A stretch of 22,406 nucleotides of DNA from Bdellovibrionota bacterium (GCA_044345405.1 JBIJBE010000085.1:1-22406), one strand, 5' to 3'; shown: positions 12,001 through 22,405, counted from the first letter of the stretch. Notes: generated by a model from the sequence alone, not told the origin. A program made the numbers and translations.

Positions 12001-15000
12001 CGGTGGGGGTAACGGTCGCTGTCGCCGTAGCAGTAGGTGATTCGGTGACGGTGGCGGTCACTGTTTGAGTTGGGGATGTGGTTGGCGTCTCTGTTGTCGT
12101 GGCAGTTGAGGTCACCGTCGGCGTCTCGGTAGGCGTGCCGGTCTCGGTCGCGGTTGGAGAGGTCGTAGCTGTCTCGGTCACGGTCGCGGTCACCGTGACG
12201 GTTGGCGTCTCAGTCGGAGTTTCCGTCGTTGTCTCGGTCGGTGTGACGGTAACGGTTTGTGTCACCGTCTCCGTTGGCGTTTCAGTTGGGGTACTCGTTA
12301 TCGTGCCCGTCGCCGTTTCAGTTGCCGTCACGGTCGGTGTCTCTGTCACGGTCCCCGTTGGTGTCTCTGTTGGCGTATTCGTTGACGTTGCTGTCGGAGT
12401 TTCCGTCGGTGTCTCTGTAGGTGTATCCGTTACGGTCATGGTCGGCGTTACCGTTGCGGTCTCAGTCGCTGTCGCCGTCGTGGTTACTGTCGGCGACGCT
12501 GTCAGTGTCAACGTCGGCGTCTCTGTTGGCGTTACGGTCGGTGTATGGGTCACCGTCGACGTAGGTGTCTCCGTTGGCGTCGTTGTCGCCGTACGAGTGT
12601 GCGTCGCCGTCGACGTGAGGGTTGGCGTCCGAGTCACGGTCGCCGTCGCAGTGGCCGTTGGAGAATTAGTTGGTGTCGAGGTAACGGTCACCGTCGCTGT
12701 CACTGTCGTTGTCGAGGTTATCGTGGCTGTAGTGGTGGCGGTGGCAGTAGGTGTAGCAGTTCGGGTAATCGTTGGAGTGTGAGTTATCGTCGCTGTCGAC
12801 GTCGTGGTCGGCGTATGCGTCACCGTCGCGCTGGCTGTCGGCGTCGGCGACGTTGTCGCGGTGTCTGTGATGGTCGCCGTTACTGTCACCGTTGGCGTTT
12901 GAGTCGGGGTACCGGTAGGTGTAGTAGTTGGCGAACTCGTCGCGGTCTCAGTGACGGTCGCCGTCGGCGTCTCGGTCGGAGTGCTGGTCGCTGTTCCGGT
13001 TACGGTATCGGTCGGCGTTACGGTTGGGGTCTCGGTAACGGTCGCTGTGGCGGTCTCAGTTGGAGTGCTTGTTGTCGTCCCGGTCGCGGTTTCCGTAGGG
13101 GTCACAGTCGTGGTTTCCGTGACGGTCGCAGTCGGTGTCTCCGTCGGTGTGCTGGTGGTTGTTGCTGTCGCGGTGTCGGTCGGCGTGACGGTCGACGTCT
13201 CGGTAACCGTAGCTGTCGCGGTTTCGGTTGGTGTACTTGTTGTGGTCTCCGTTGGAGTCAAAGTTGGCGTTGAGGTCACGGTCTGAGTGACAGTAGCCGT
13301 GGCGGTAACGGTGCCGGTGTAGGTCGACGTCGCTGTAGCAGTTACTGTCGGCGAGACCGTAGGCGTCAGAGTGACCGTTTCGGTCGGAGTTACGGTCGGA
13401 CTTATAGTGGCCGTTGATGAAGCGGTTTCAGTTGGGGTCGATGTTATCGTACGAGTTACCGTCGCGGTTGGTGTTAGGGTCGGAGTTTCGGTAGCTGTGG
13501 CGCTCGGCGTTACCGTCGGTGAGGTCGTTGGTGTAAACGTCATGGTCGACGTCGACGTGACCGTCGGTGTTGCCGTAATCGTTGGGGTGACGGTCGCGGT
13601 TCCCGTCGCCGTCTCAGTTGGTGTCGAGGTAGGTGTGTGAGTAATTGTCGCGGTCTCCGTTGACGTCGCAGTCGGTGTTACCGTTTCAGTCTCGGTTGGC
13701 GTTGGCGACACAGTAGCCGTCTCTGTGATGGTCGCGGTCGCGGTTATAGTCGGCGTTTCCGTGGCGGTTGCAGTCACGGTGGCTGTTGGCGAGGATGTCG
13801 CCGTTTCAGTTGCGGTGGATGTTTCAGTCTGTGTTGGTGTACTTGTTATCGTGGCGGTCGCGGTGTCGGTTGGTGTTACGGTTGCTGTCTCTGTGACCGT
13901 CGCGGTAACCGTCTCTGTCGGAGTAGCTGTTTCCGTTCCGGTCGCGGTTATAGTTGGAGAGGCTGTAGGTGTATCAGTTACCGTCTCGGTTGGCGTAGCG
14001 GTCGCGGTGTGAGTGATCGTCGCGGTGCTTGTCACCGTCGGGGTTTCGGTCGGTGTCTCCGTTACTGTCGCGCTCGGCGTCAGGGTTGGCGTTGTAGTGG
14101 CGGTGCCTGTGGCTGTTACCGTTGGTGAGCTTGTCGCAGTCGGAGTCGAGGTCGCTGTTGATGTTTCCGTCGGCGTCGTCGTGACCGTGCTCGTTGCCGT
14201 CGAGGTTGGTGTGGTCGTGGCGGTTGCGGTAACGGTCGACGTCGGCGTCATGGTAGGCGTTCGGGTTGGCGTGCCCGTTGCGGTTAACGTCGGCGACATC
14301 GTTGGAGTGACGGTTACCGTTGCCGTTGCTGTCTCCGTTGGTGTGTTTGTCACCGTGCCTGTCGGTGTCTGAGTCGGCGTAACGGTAGGAGTAGTCGTGA
14401 CCGTCGCGGTCGCTGTCGGTGTCGGTGTCGAGGTCACGGTTGGGCTCTGGGTCGCCGTGCCGGTCGCGGTCGTTGTTGGAGAGGTCGTTGGAGTTTCGGT
14501 TGCCGTCGCTGTGACGGTTACCGTCGCCGTAACCGTTGATGTTCCCGTAGCGGTCGGTGTTGGCGAGGTGGTCGGCGTATCGGTCACCGTTTCCGTCGGC
14601 GTCACGGTTGGGGTTGTAGTGACCGTAGCGGTACTCGTCTCGGTTGGCGTTACTGTGGGCGTTTCTGTCTCTGTCGGGGTAGCCGTCAAGGTTGGGGTTT
14701 CCGTCGCTGTGCCCGTGGCGCTTGCGGTTGGGGAAACGGTCGCTGTTTCTGTTGCCGTTGCGGTTGGGGTTTCCGTTGGCGTGCTTGACTGAGTGGCCGT
14801 TGCCGTTTCGGTAGGCGTAACGGTCGGGGTTTCCGTGACCGTCGCGGTAGCTGTCGTTGTTGGCGTCTCAGTTTGCGTGCCAGTTGAGGTCGCGGTAGGT
14901 GAATTGGTCGCTGTTTCGGTCGCTGTGGCCGTCGCGGTCGTTGTTGGAGTCTCTGTCGCGGTTCCCGTAGGTGTCACCGTTGGGGACCTAGTCGGTGTGT

Positions 15001-18000
15001 GCGTCACCGTCGAGGTCTGCGTAGCTGTCGCGGTTGTGGTTGTGGTTGGTGTGCTCGTGGCGGTGCCTGTTGCGGTCGCCGTAGCGGTAACGGTCGCGGT
15101 TTCGGTGGACGTTCCGGTCGCGGTGGCCGTTGGCGACGTCGTTGGCGTGTTGGTCACCGTCGCCGTTGGGGTAATGGTCGGTGAACTTGTCGCCGTGGCG
15201 GTTCTGGTCTCGGTCGGCGTTGCCGTTGGAGTCGACGTTACCGTCGCCGTCGGCGTCACTGTTGGAGTGTCAGTCGAGGTGCCTGACGGGCTAGCCGTTG
15301 GCGACATTGTTGGTGTTGATGTCACTGTCTCGGTCGGTGTTACCGTCGGAGAACTCGTTGCCGTCGCGGTGCTCGTCTCAGTCGGTGTCACAGTTGGTGT
15401 CTCTGTCACCGTCGCGGTCGGCGTTACCGTTGGAGTCTCAGTCGACGTGCCTGTCGGGGTCACCGTTGGCGAAATCGTCGGTGTCGCCGTCTCAGTCTCT
15501 GTCGGAGTTATAGTCGGCGTGTTGGTCGCGGTCGGTGTGCTCGTCTCGGTCGGTGTGACGGTCGTGGTTTCTGTTACCGTAGCCGTAGGCGTTAACGTTG
15601 GCGTATCCGTTGCCGTGCCGGTCGCGGTTATTGTCGGTGACATCGTTGGTGTGCTCGTTACCGTCTCCGTTGGAGTCACAGTTGGCGAGCTAGTTACGGT
15701 CGCGGTACTGGTCTCAGTCGGTGTCACGGTTGGCGACTGCGTTACCGTTGCGGTCGCGGTTACTGTTGGCGTTCCAGTCGCGGTTCCCGTCGCGGTTGTT
15801 GTTGGCGACATCGTTGGTGTGGTCGTTACCGTCTGTGTCGGGGTCACGGTCGGTGAGCTTGTAGACGTGGCGGTGCTCGTTTGAGTCGGCGTGACAGTTG
15901 GGGTGCTTGTTACTGTCGCGGTCGCGGTTACGGTTGGCGTACTCGTCGGAGTTCCTGTCGCGGTAGCTGTTGAGGACATCGTTGGTGTTGCCGTTACCGT
16001 CTCAGTCGGAGTTACCGTCGGCGAGCTCGTGGCAGTACCGGTGCTCGTCTCCGTTGGAGTCACGGTCGGGGTCGCCGTCGCCGTGCCTGTTGGCGTAAGA
16101 GTCGGAGTTTCTGTCGAGGTAGCCGTCCAGGTCACCGTTGGCGAAACCGTTGGCGTGACTGTTACCGTTTCGGTTGGAGTCACTGTCGGCGAGCTCGTCA
16201 CGGTAGCCGTGGCGGTCTCCGTGGGAGTCATCGTTGGCGTCTGAGTCTCGGTCGCTGTCGAGGTTACGGTAGGCGTAGCGGTCGAGGTTCCTGTAGTAGT
16301 AATCGTTGGCGACGCTGTCGGTGTTGTTGTTACCGTCTCCGTTGGAGTCACCGTTGGAGAGCTTGTCACGGTCGCCGTACCGGTTTCAGTCGGTGTCATC
16401 GTTGGCGTCTCAGTCACCGTTGCTGTCGCCGTGCGCGTTGGCGTTTCCGTCGCCGTTCCCGTCGCGGTGGTCGTAGGTGAAATGGTTGGTGAGCTCGTGA
16501 AGGTCTGAGTCGGCGTTACCGTTGGAGAACTCGTAGCCGTTTCAGTGTTCGTCTGAGTCGGCGTAACGGTTGGCGTCATCGTCACCGTCGCCGTAGCGGT
16601 GAGCGTCGGTGTCCCAGTCGCCGTTTGTGAGGCGGTGAACGTCGGTGACATCGTTGGCGTCGTTGTCACCGTGTCCGTCGGTGTCACGGTTGGCGAAGTG
16701 GTTGTGGTGGCGGTGCTTGTTTCGGTCGGAGTAGTGGTTGCTGTCTCGGTAGGTGTACCCGTTGGCGTGCTCGTCGCGGTCTGTGTGGCTGTTCCCGTCG
16801 CGGTTACCGTTGCCGACGCGCTTGGTGTGGTTGTTACCGTTGCGGTGCTCGTTGCGGTTGGCGAGAACGTCGGCGTTCCGGTAGCGGTTTCAGTTGGCGT
16901 AACGGTCGGAGTCTGAGTCGTTGTACCGGTTGGCGTGAACGTTGGTGTCTCTGTGGCTGTTCCCGTTGAGGTCACCGTAGGCGACATGGTTGGTGTTGTC
17001 GTAACGGTTTCTGTCGGCGTCACGGTTGGTGAGTGTGTGGCCGTGGCGGTGCTCGTCTCTGTAGGTGTGATTGTTGGTGTCTGCGTCGTTGTTCCTGTTG
17101 GGGTGAACGTTGGGGTCTCCGTTGAAGTCCCCGTCGGCGTAACCGTTGGTGAGTTCGTCGCGGTATGTGTCACCGTCTCAGTCGGTGTGACGGTCGGCGA
17201 GCTCGTCGCCGTGCCGGTGTTCGTCTCGGTCGCTGTAATGGTTGGTGTCTGTGAAGGCGTTCTTGTTGGCGTTTGTGTTGGGGTCTCAGTCGATGTTCCT
17301 GTCACGGTTATGGTTGGAGACGCCGTGGTCGTAGCGGTGGCGGTGCCGGTTGCCGTTTGCGTTGGGGTGCTTGTTGTTGTGCCCGTGGGGGTGTTGGTCG
17401 GTGTAGCGGTCGGCGACTGTGTGACCGTTGCGGTCGAAGTCACCGATGCGGTTGGAGTCGCCGTTCCGGTCGCGGTGCCTGTCGGCGAGTGCGTGGCGGT
17501 CTGAGTCACGGTCTCGGTTGGCGTCGAGGTCGGGGAGTGTGTCGGTGTCTCGGACGGTGTCGACGTTGGTGAGCTCGTCGCGGTGTTGGTCACGGTCTCT
17601 GTCGGGGTTGCCGTCGCTGTTTGAGTCGTCGTTGACGTGGCGGTCTGCGTTGGCGACATCGTAGCCGTCATGGTCACCGTTGCGGTGGTCGTCACCGTTG
17701 GTGTTTGTGTGACTGTTTGTGTCGGTGTGACCGTTGCGGATGTCGTTGGCGTAACACTGGACGTCGCAGTCGCCGTCGTTGTTGGCGTGTTCGTGGATGT
17801 GGCTGTAGCTGTGTCGGTCGGTGTGACCGTTGGGCTACTAGTCACAGTACCGGTGGCGGTCAGCGTAGGCGTTGATGTGGCCGTCGGGGTCTGAGTGGCC
17901 GTCGATGTGATCGTTTGTGTCGGAGTCGAAGTCGCCGTCGCGGTTACGGAAGCGGTACTCGTCGTCGTTGCCGTCGACGTCTCGGTTGGGGTGGCGGTTG

Positions 18001-21000
18001 CCGTACTCGTGGTAGTCGCGGTCAACGTAATGGTCGGCGTTGCCGTCGCGCTGGCTGATGGCGTTGTTGTGGGTGTCGCGGTGACAGTTTGCGTGATAGT
18101 CGGAGTCGCCGTCGCTGTCGCGGTGAAGCTCGCGGTCGCGGTGTGAGTCGCTGTGGCGGTGGCCGTGGTTGTGCCCGTCGGTGTGATAGTTGGTGTTGTA
18201 GTCGCCGTAGCGGTCGAGGTTCCTGTGGATGTCTCGGTAGGTGTTAAGGTTGGAGTGCTGGTCGCGGTCGCCGTGTAGGTCGCGGTGGGTGTAGGGGTCA
18301 CCGTGGCGGTGCCCGTAGCAGTGCCGGTCGGCGTTTCCGTTGGTGTCAACGTTGAGGTCCGGGTTGGTGTGACCGTTGGAGTGCTAGTCGCCGTGCCGGT
18401 CGCCGTTCGTGTTGGAGTAACGGTCGGCGTAATGGTGACTGTACCTGTCGTGGTTGCGGTGGCGGTGTGGGTTGGACTACTCGTCGCGGTCTGCGTCTGT
18501 GTCGCGGTCGGTGTCAGGGTCGTGGTCGCGGTCGGAGTGATCGTCGCGGTGCTCGTCGCAGTACTCGTTGAGGTGGCACTCGCCGTTGCTGTCGGTGTAT
18601 TCGACGAGGTTGCTGTTGGCGACACTGTTGGGGTTGTCGTTGTCGTTCCGGTCGCGGTCGAGGTCGCTGTAGCGGTCGGAGTTAGGGTGACTGTCGCTGT
18701 TGCGGTGACGGTCGGCGTTTGGGTCGCCGTCCCGGTCGCCGTCGCGGTGGCGGTGACTGTTGGTGTCCTAGTGGCTGAAGCTGTGGATGTCGGCGTCGAC
18801 GTTGGGGTCTGTGTCGGGGTGGTCGTCGGTGTCGCAGTTACTGTAGCCGTGGCAGTTTGAGTCGCTGTCGGTGTCGTAGTCCCCGTTGTGGTTGGAGTGG
18901 CTGTCGTTGTTTGTGTCGCTGTCGTTGTTGGTGTGCTGGTTGTTGTGCTTGTTGGGGTAACCGTGGCGGTAGACGTAGCGGTTCGCGTCGGTGTTTGAGT
19001 CGCGGTGGTCGTTGGGGTGTTAGTTGTCGTGCCCGTCGGCGTTATGGTCGGTGTCTCGGTGACCGTGCTCGTGGCGGTCTGCGTCGGAGTCTCCGTGGGG
19101 GTTGCTGTCGTCGTTCGAGTCGGCGTAGTGGTTGGCGTGCTTGTCGGCGTCCGCGTTGATGTCATCGTCGGTGAGGTTGTCGCCGTCGCTGTTATTGTTG
19201 GAGTTGGCGTCGTAGTCGGTGTAGTTGTCGAGGTTCCCGTCGGAGTAGTGGTTGCGGTAGTGGTAGGTGTTTGGGTTGATGTTCCCGTTGGAGTCACCGT
19301 CGGCGTTACCGTCGCGGTCGATGTTGCCGTAGCCGTTGCCGTGATGGTCGCGGTGTGAGTTGGCAGTTCAGTTGGTGTCGTGCTTGGGGTGCTTGTCGAA
19401 GTGCCGGTGGCTGTCTGGGTAGGTGTGTTCGTCGGGGTCTTCGTCGCGGTCCCGGTTGGAGTATTCGTCGCCGTCTGAGTCGGAGTGTAAGTCGGAAGAG
19501 GGGTCGGTGTATCGGTGGGTGTGCTTGATGACGTCGCGGTCATCGTGACCGTGGCGGTATGTGTGACGGTCTCAGTAGGCGTGCTCGTTGGTGTGGTCGT
19601 CGGTGTCTCGGTAGCTGTGGCCGTCTGAGTAACGGTAGCGGTAGCGGTGCTAGTACCGGTCGAGGTCGGTGTTTGCGTAACCGTCGCTGTTAACGTTTGG
19701 GTCGCGGTAGGCGTAACGGTCGGCGTTTCGGTAGCAGTGCTGGTTGCGGTGGCTGTGGCGCTCGTCGTGGGTGTTCTTGTTACGGTACTCGTTGGTGTAG
19801 TTGTCGCCGTTGCCGTTGCTGTTCTCGTTGGGGTCTGCGTTGGCGTTACCGTAGCAGTACTCGTGACGGTGCCTGTCGGGGTTGTTGTCGGCGTTTGAGT
19901 TGGAGTTCTCGTTGCCGTTTGGGTTGGGGTTACCGTTGGCGTGCTTGTGGTGGTGCTGGTTGGAGTCACGGTGGCGGTGTTGGTGGCGGTTCGGGTTGGC
20001 GTTGTGGTCGGGGTTGTTGTCGCGGTCGCCGTGTTGGTCGCGGTTGGCGAGGTCGTTGGTGTGTGTGTCGCCGTCCCCGTTGGAGTTGTCGTCGGGGTGG
20101 TGGTCGGAGTGTGGGTTATCGTGCTCGTAGGCGTCTGGGTAGGAGTCTGCGTCGCCGTGCCGGTCGGCGTGGTGGTTGGGCTGACGGTTGGAGTCTCGGT
20201 TTGAGTACTGGTCGGCGTAACGGTTGGCGTCTCAGTCACCGTAGCGGTTGGTGTCTCTGTCGGGGTGACCGTCGGCGTCTTGGTGGTGGTTGCGGTCGGT
20301 GTAACCGTCGGCGTGGAGGTTGCCGTCTCTGTCGGTGTCTCTGTGGGAGTGCGCGTTGGAGTGCTAGTTGTGGTCGCTGTTGGTGTAACCGTTGGCGTGG
20401 ACGTTGTCGTTGCGGTTGGCGTCTCGGTAGGTGTCTGTGTCGGCGTACTCGTCGTGGTCGCTGTCGGGGTTACAGTCGGGGTGTGAGTAACCGTACTCGT
20501 TGGCGTGACCGTGGGTGTCACTGTGGCGGTCGCGGTTGGGGTTTGGGTTGGGGTAGTCGTTGGCGTTCGAGTAGCGGTCGCTGTCGGGGTAACGGTAGGT
20601 GTCGTCGTCGCGGTGTTCGTGACGGTCGCCGTCGGAGTAGTGGTTGGGGTTACGGTCGGCGTGCGGGTGGGTGTCGTCGTCGGGGTGCTAGTCGTCGTCG
20701 GCGTCGTGGTCGGGGTGCTGGTTGTCGTGCTGGTCGGCGTCTGCGTCGAGGTGGCCGTTGGAGTATTCGTGCTGGTTACCGTTGGTGTCGCTGTGGCCGT
20801 AGGGGTCTGCGTCGGAGTGCTCGTAGGAGTCGTTGTTGCCGTTGCTGTCGTAGTAGGCGTGGTGGTCGGCGTTGTGGTCGGCGTATTTGTTGGAGTCGTC
20901 GTCGGCGTAACGGTCGGTGTATGAGTTACCGTCGCCGTCATGGTCGGCGTATTCGTAACCGTTGGTGTTGTCGTTGGAGTAGTCGTGCTGGTGGAGGTGG

Positions 21001-22405
21001 GCGTGTTAGTTGCCGTTTCAGTAACGGTGGGGGTCACGGTCGGAGTAGTTGTGGGGGTCGCTGTCGTGGTCGCGGTCGGCGTGACTGTGGGGGTCAAGGT
21101 GGGGGTTGTCGTCGCGGTCGCCGTGCTCGTAGCGCTCGGTGTACTCGTTGGAGTTTGAGTGGCGGTCGCTGTCGAGGTTGGAGTATTTGTCGCTGTGGCC
21201 GTTTGAGTAACCGTTGGGGTGTTTGTTGATGTCGGAGTCACTGTCGGTGTCGTCGTCGGAGTGGTGGTCTGTGTAGCCGTACTCGTCCTCGTTGCGGTGG
21301 CCGTCGGTGTTTGGGTGACGGTTGGAGTTACCGTTGGTGTCGTCGTCGCGGTCGCTGTGCGTGTGGAGGTCGGTGTCATCGTCGCGGTCCGGGTAACGGT
21401 CGGCGTTGCCGTCGGGGTGGTCGTGGCGGTTAACGTGGGTGTCCGCGTGGGGGTTCTTGTTGGCGTTTGAGTGGCCGTTGGGGTCATCGTCGGGGTCGTT
21501 GTCGCGGTCGCGGTGTTCGTAACCGTTGGGGTCGTTGTAGGTGTCCGGGTCACCGTCGCGGTCCTCGTTGGAGTTGTGGTCGGCGTTGTCGTCCTTGTGT
21601 TTGTCGGCGTCCTCGTCGCCGTGCGTGTCGCGGTTGGTGTGACCGTGGGAGTGGTGGTAGCGGTCGAGGTTGTCGTTGCCGTGGGCGTCCTCGTTGCGGT
21701 TTGCGTAACGGTCGGGGTACTGGTTGGAGTGTTAGTCGCCGTCGCGGTGCTGGTAACCGTTGCCGTGTTCGTGGCCGTCTGAGTAACGGTGGGTGTGCTG
21801 GTTGGTGTGGTCGTCGCGGTTGCGGTCGCGGTTGCCGTCGCGGTTACTGTCGCTGTCTGAGTTACGGTCGGCGTGACGGTTGGCGTATTCGTCGCGGTCG
21901 ATGTGCCGGTCGCCGTCGGCGTGTTCGTGCTTGTTTGAGTGACCGTTGGGGTTACCGTTGGGGTGGTTGTCGCCGTTGCCGTACTAGTGCTGGTTGGCGT
22001 CGTCGTTGGGGTTTGCGTGACCGTAGGAGTGGTCGTTGGGGTAGTGGTGGCGGTACCGGTGGCGGTTACCGTCGGTGTTTGCGTCGTGGTTTGCGTGACC
22101 GTAGGTGTTGTAGTCGGCGTCATCGTCGCGGTCGATGTACTGGTGGCTGTCGGCGTCATCGTTTGCGTTTGAGTGACTGTTGGAGTTACCGTCGGCGTTG
22201 TTGTCGCCGTAGCCGTGTTGGTTATCGTCGGGCTCGTTGTTGGGGTGGTCGTGGCGGTGGCCGTAGCGGTTGTTGTCCCCGTTTGAGTCGCGGTTTGCGT
22301 GACCGTAGGTGTTGTAGTCGGCGTCATCGTCGCGGTCGATGTACTGGTGGCTGTCGGCGTCATCGTTTGCGTTTGAGTGACTGTTGGAGTTACCGTCGGC
22401 GTTGT
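2..22405 (-). CDS. Giant Thr-rich (T-X)n low-complexity protein, partial at both ends (>=7,468 aa); putative mucin-like secreted or surface stalk protein
   Basis: Reverse-complementing the + strand triplets that start at positions 2 mod 3 gives continuous T-X-T-X sequence. Examples: [20 protein letters not shown] near 7562-7621 and TTPTVTPT at the right end. All Val-rich + ORFs start at positions divisible by 3, so the frame never shifts. Every candidate stop I inspected (e.g. 491, 1229, 3161, 3257, 8885, 13319, 16127, 18275, 19487) decodes to Tyr or Trp. Thr, Pro and Ala codons vary freely at the wobble position while the amino-acid pattern is kept, which indicates real coding selection. The product call is inference from composition only. 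Confidence 0.93.
20..450 (-). repeat. Intragenic tandem repeat, 186-nt (62-aa) period, about 2.3 copies
   Basis: gcgctctcggtcgc occurs at 36, 222 and 408, and gattcagtcgc at 87 and 273. Differences between copies are mostly synonymous. Confidence 0.9.
8528..8554 (-). other. Single Ala/Gly hinge (T-S-A-A-A-G-G-A-T) interrupting the T-X pattern
   Basis: The + strand ggtggccccacccgcagccgcgcttgt decodes on the minus strand to TSAAAGGAT, in the context [21 protein letters not shown]. It is the only multi-residue Thr-free run I found. Confidence 0.85.
8670..11045 (-). repeat. Intragenic tandem array of about 4.2 near-identical units of 576/558 nt (192/186 aa)
   Basis: The Trp codon of the motif [25 protein letters not shown] lies at 8885, 9461, 10019 and 10595 (spacings 576, 558, 576). 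ccgtttccgttggcgttac recurs at 8671, 9247, 9805, 10381 and 10939. Confidence 0.93.
11085..12400 (-). repeat. Two degenerate 672-nt (224-aa) units related to the 192-aa units
   Basis: Homologous segments start at 11169 and 11841, and at 11485 and 12157 (both offsets 672 nt). The segment 11485-11745 resembles the part of the 576-nt unit that starts near 9139. Confidence 0.7.
15050..17700 (-). repeat. Degenerate tandem array, exact 168-nt (56-aa) period, about 16 copies
   Basis: A Ser in the Thr register (MSP/ISP-like marker) recurs at exact 168-nt steps: 15133, 15301, 15469, 15637, 15805, 15973, 16141, 16309, 16477, 16645, 16813, 16981, 17149, 17317, 17485, 17653. Example unit (15469 to 15302): [56 protein letters not shown]. 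Confidence 0.88.
20265..20500 (-). repeat. Short degenerate array, 84-nt (28-aa) period, about 3 copies
   Basis: Similar blocks encoding [11 protein letters not shown](K/S)TPT are centred on 20277, 20361 and 20445. Low complexity weakens the call. Confidence 0.5.

Noticed and set aside
8670-17700. CRISPR array or non-coding satellite
   Set aside because: There is no constant repeat with unique spacers. All periods are in frame and variation concentrates at third codon positions.
107-21229. + strand Arg/Gly/Cys-rich ORFs, including the 510-aa ORF at 19697..21229
   Set aside because: They are the codon-aligned antisense frame of the Thr/Pro/Ala codons (NGT, NGG, NGC) and show no independent coding signal.
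6-22172. Dozens of + strand Val-rich ORFs (VAVGVSV...) that look like membrane proteins
   Set aside because: They are antisense shadows. The reverse complement of alternating ACN codons gives GTN every second codon, and their stops fall where the real protein has His, Gln or Tyr.
2-22405. Named assignments such as InaZ ice nucleation protein, MUC2 or a serine-rich repeat adhesin
   Set aside because: The InaZ AGYGSTxTA repeat, the MUC2 [23 protein letters not shown] repeat and the SAS/SXSX pattern are all absent. No gene symbol is justified.
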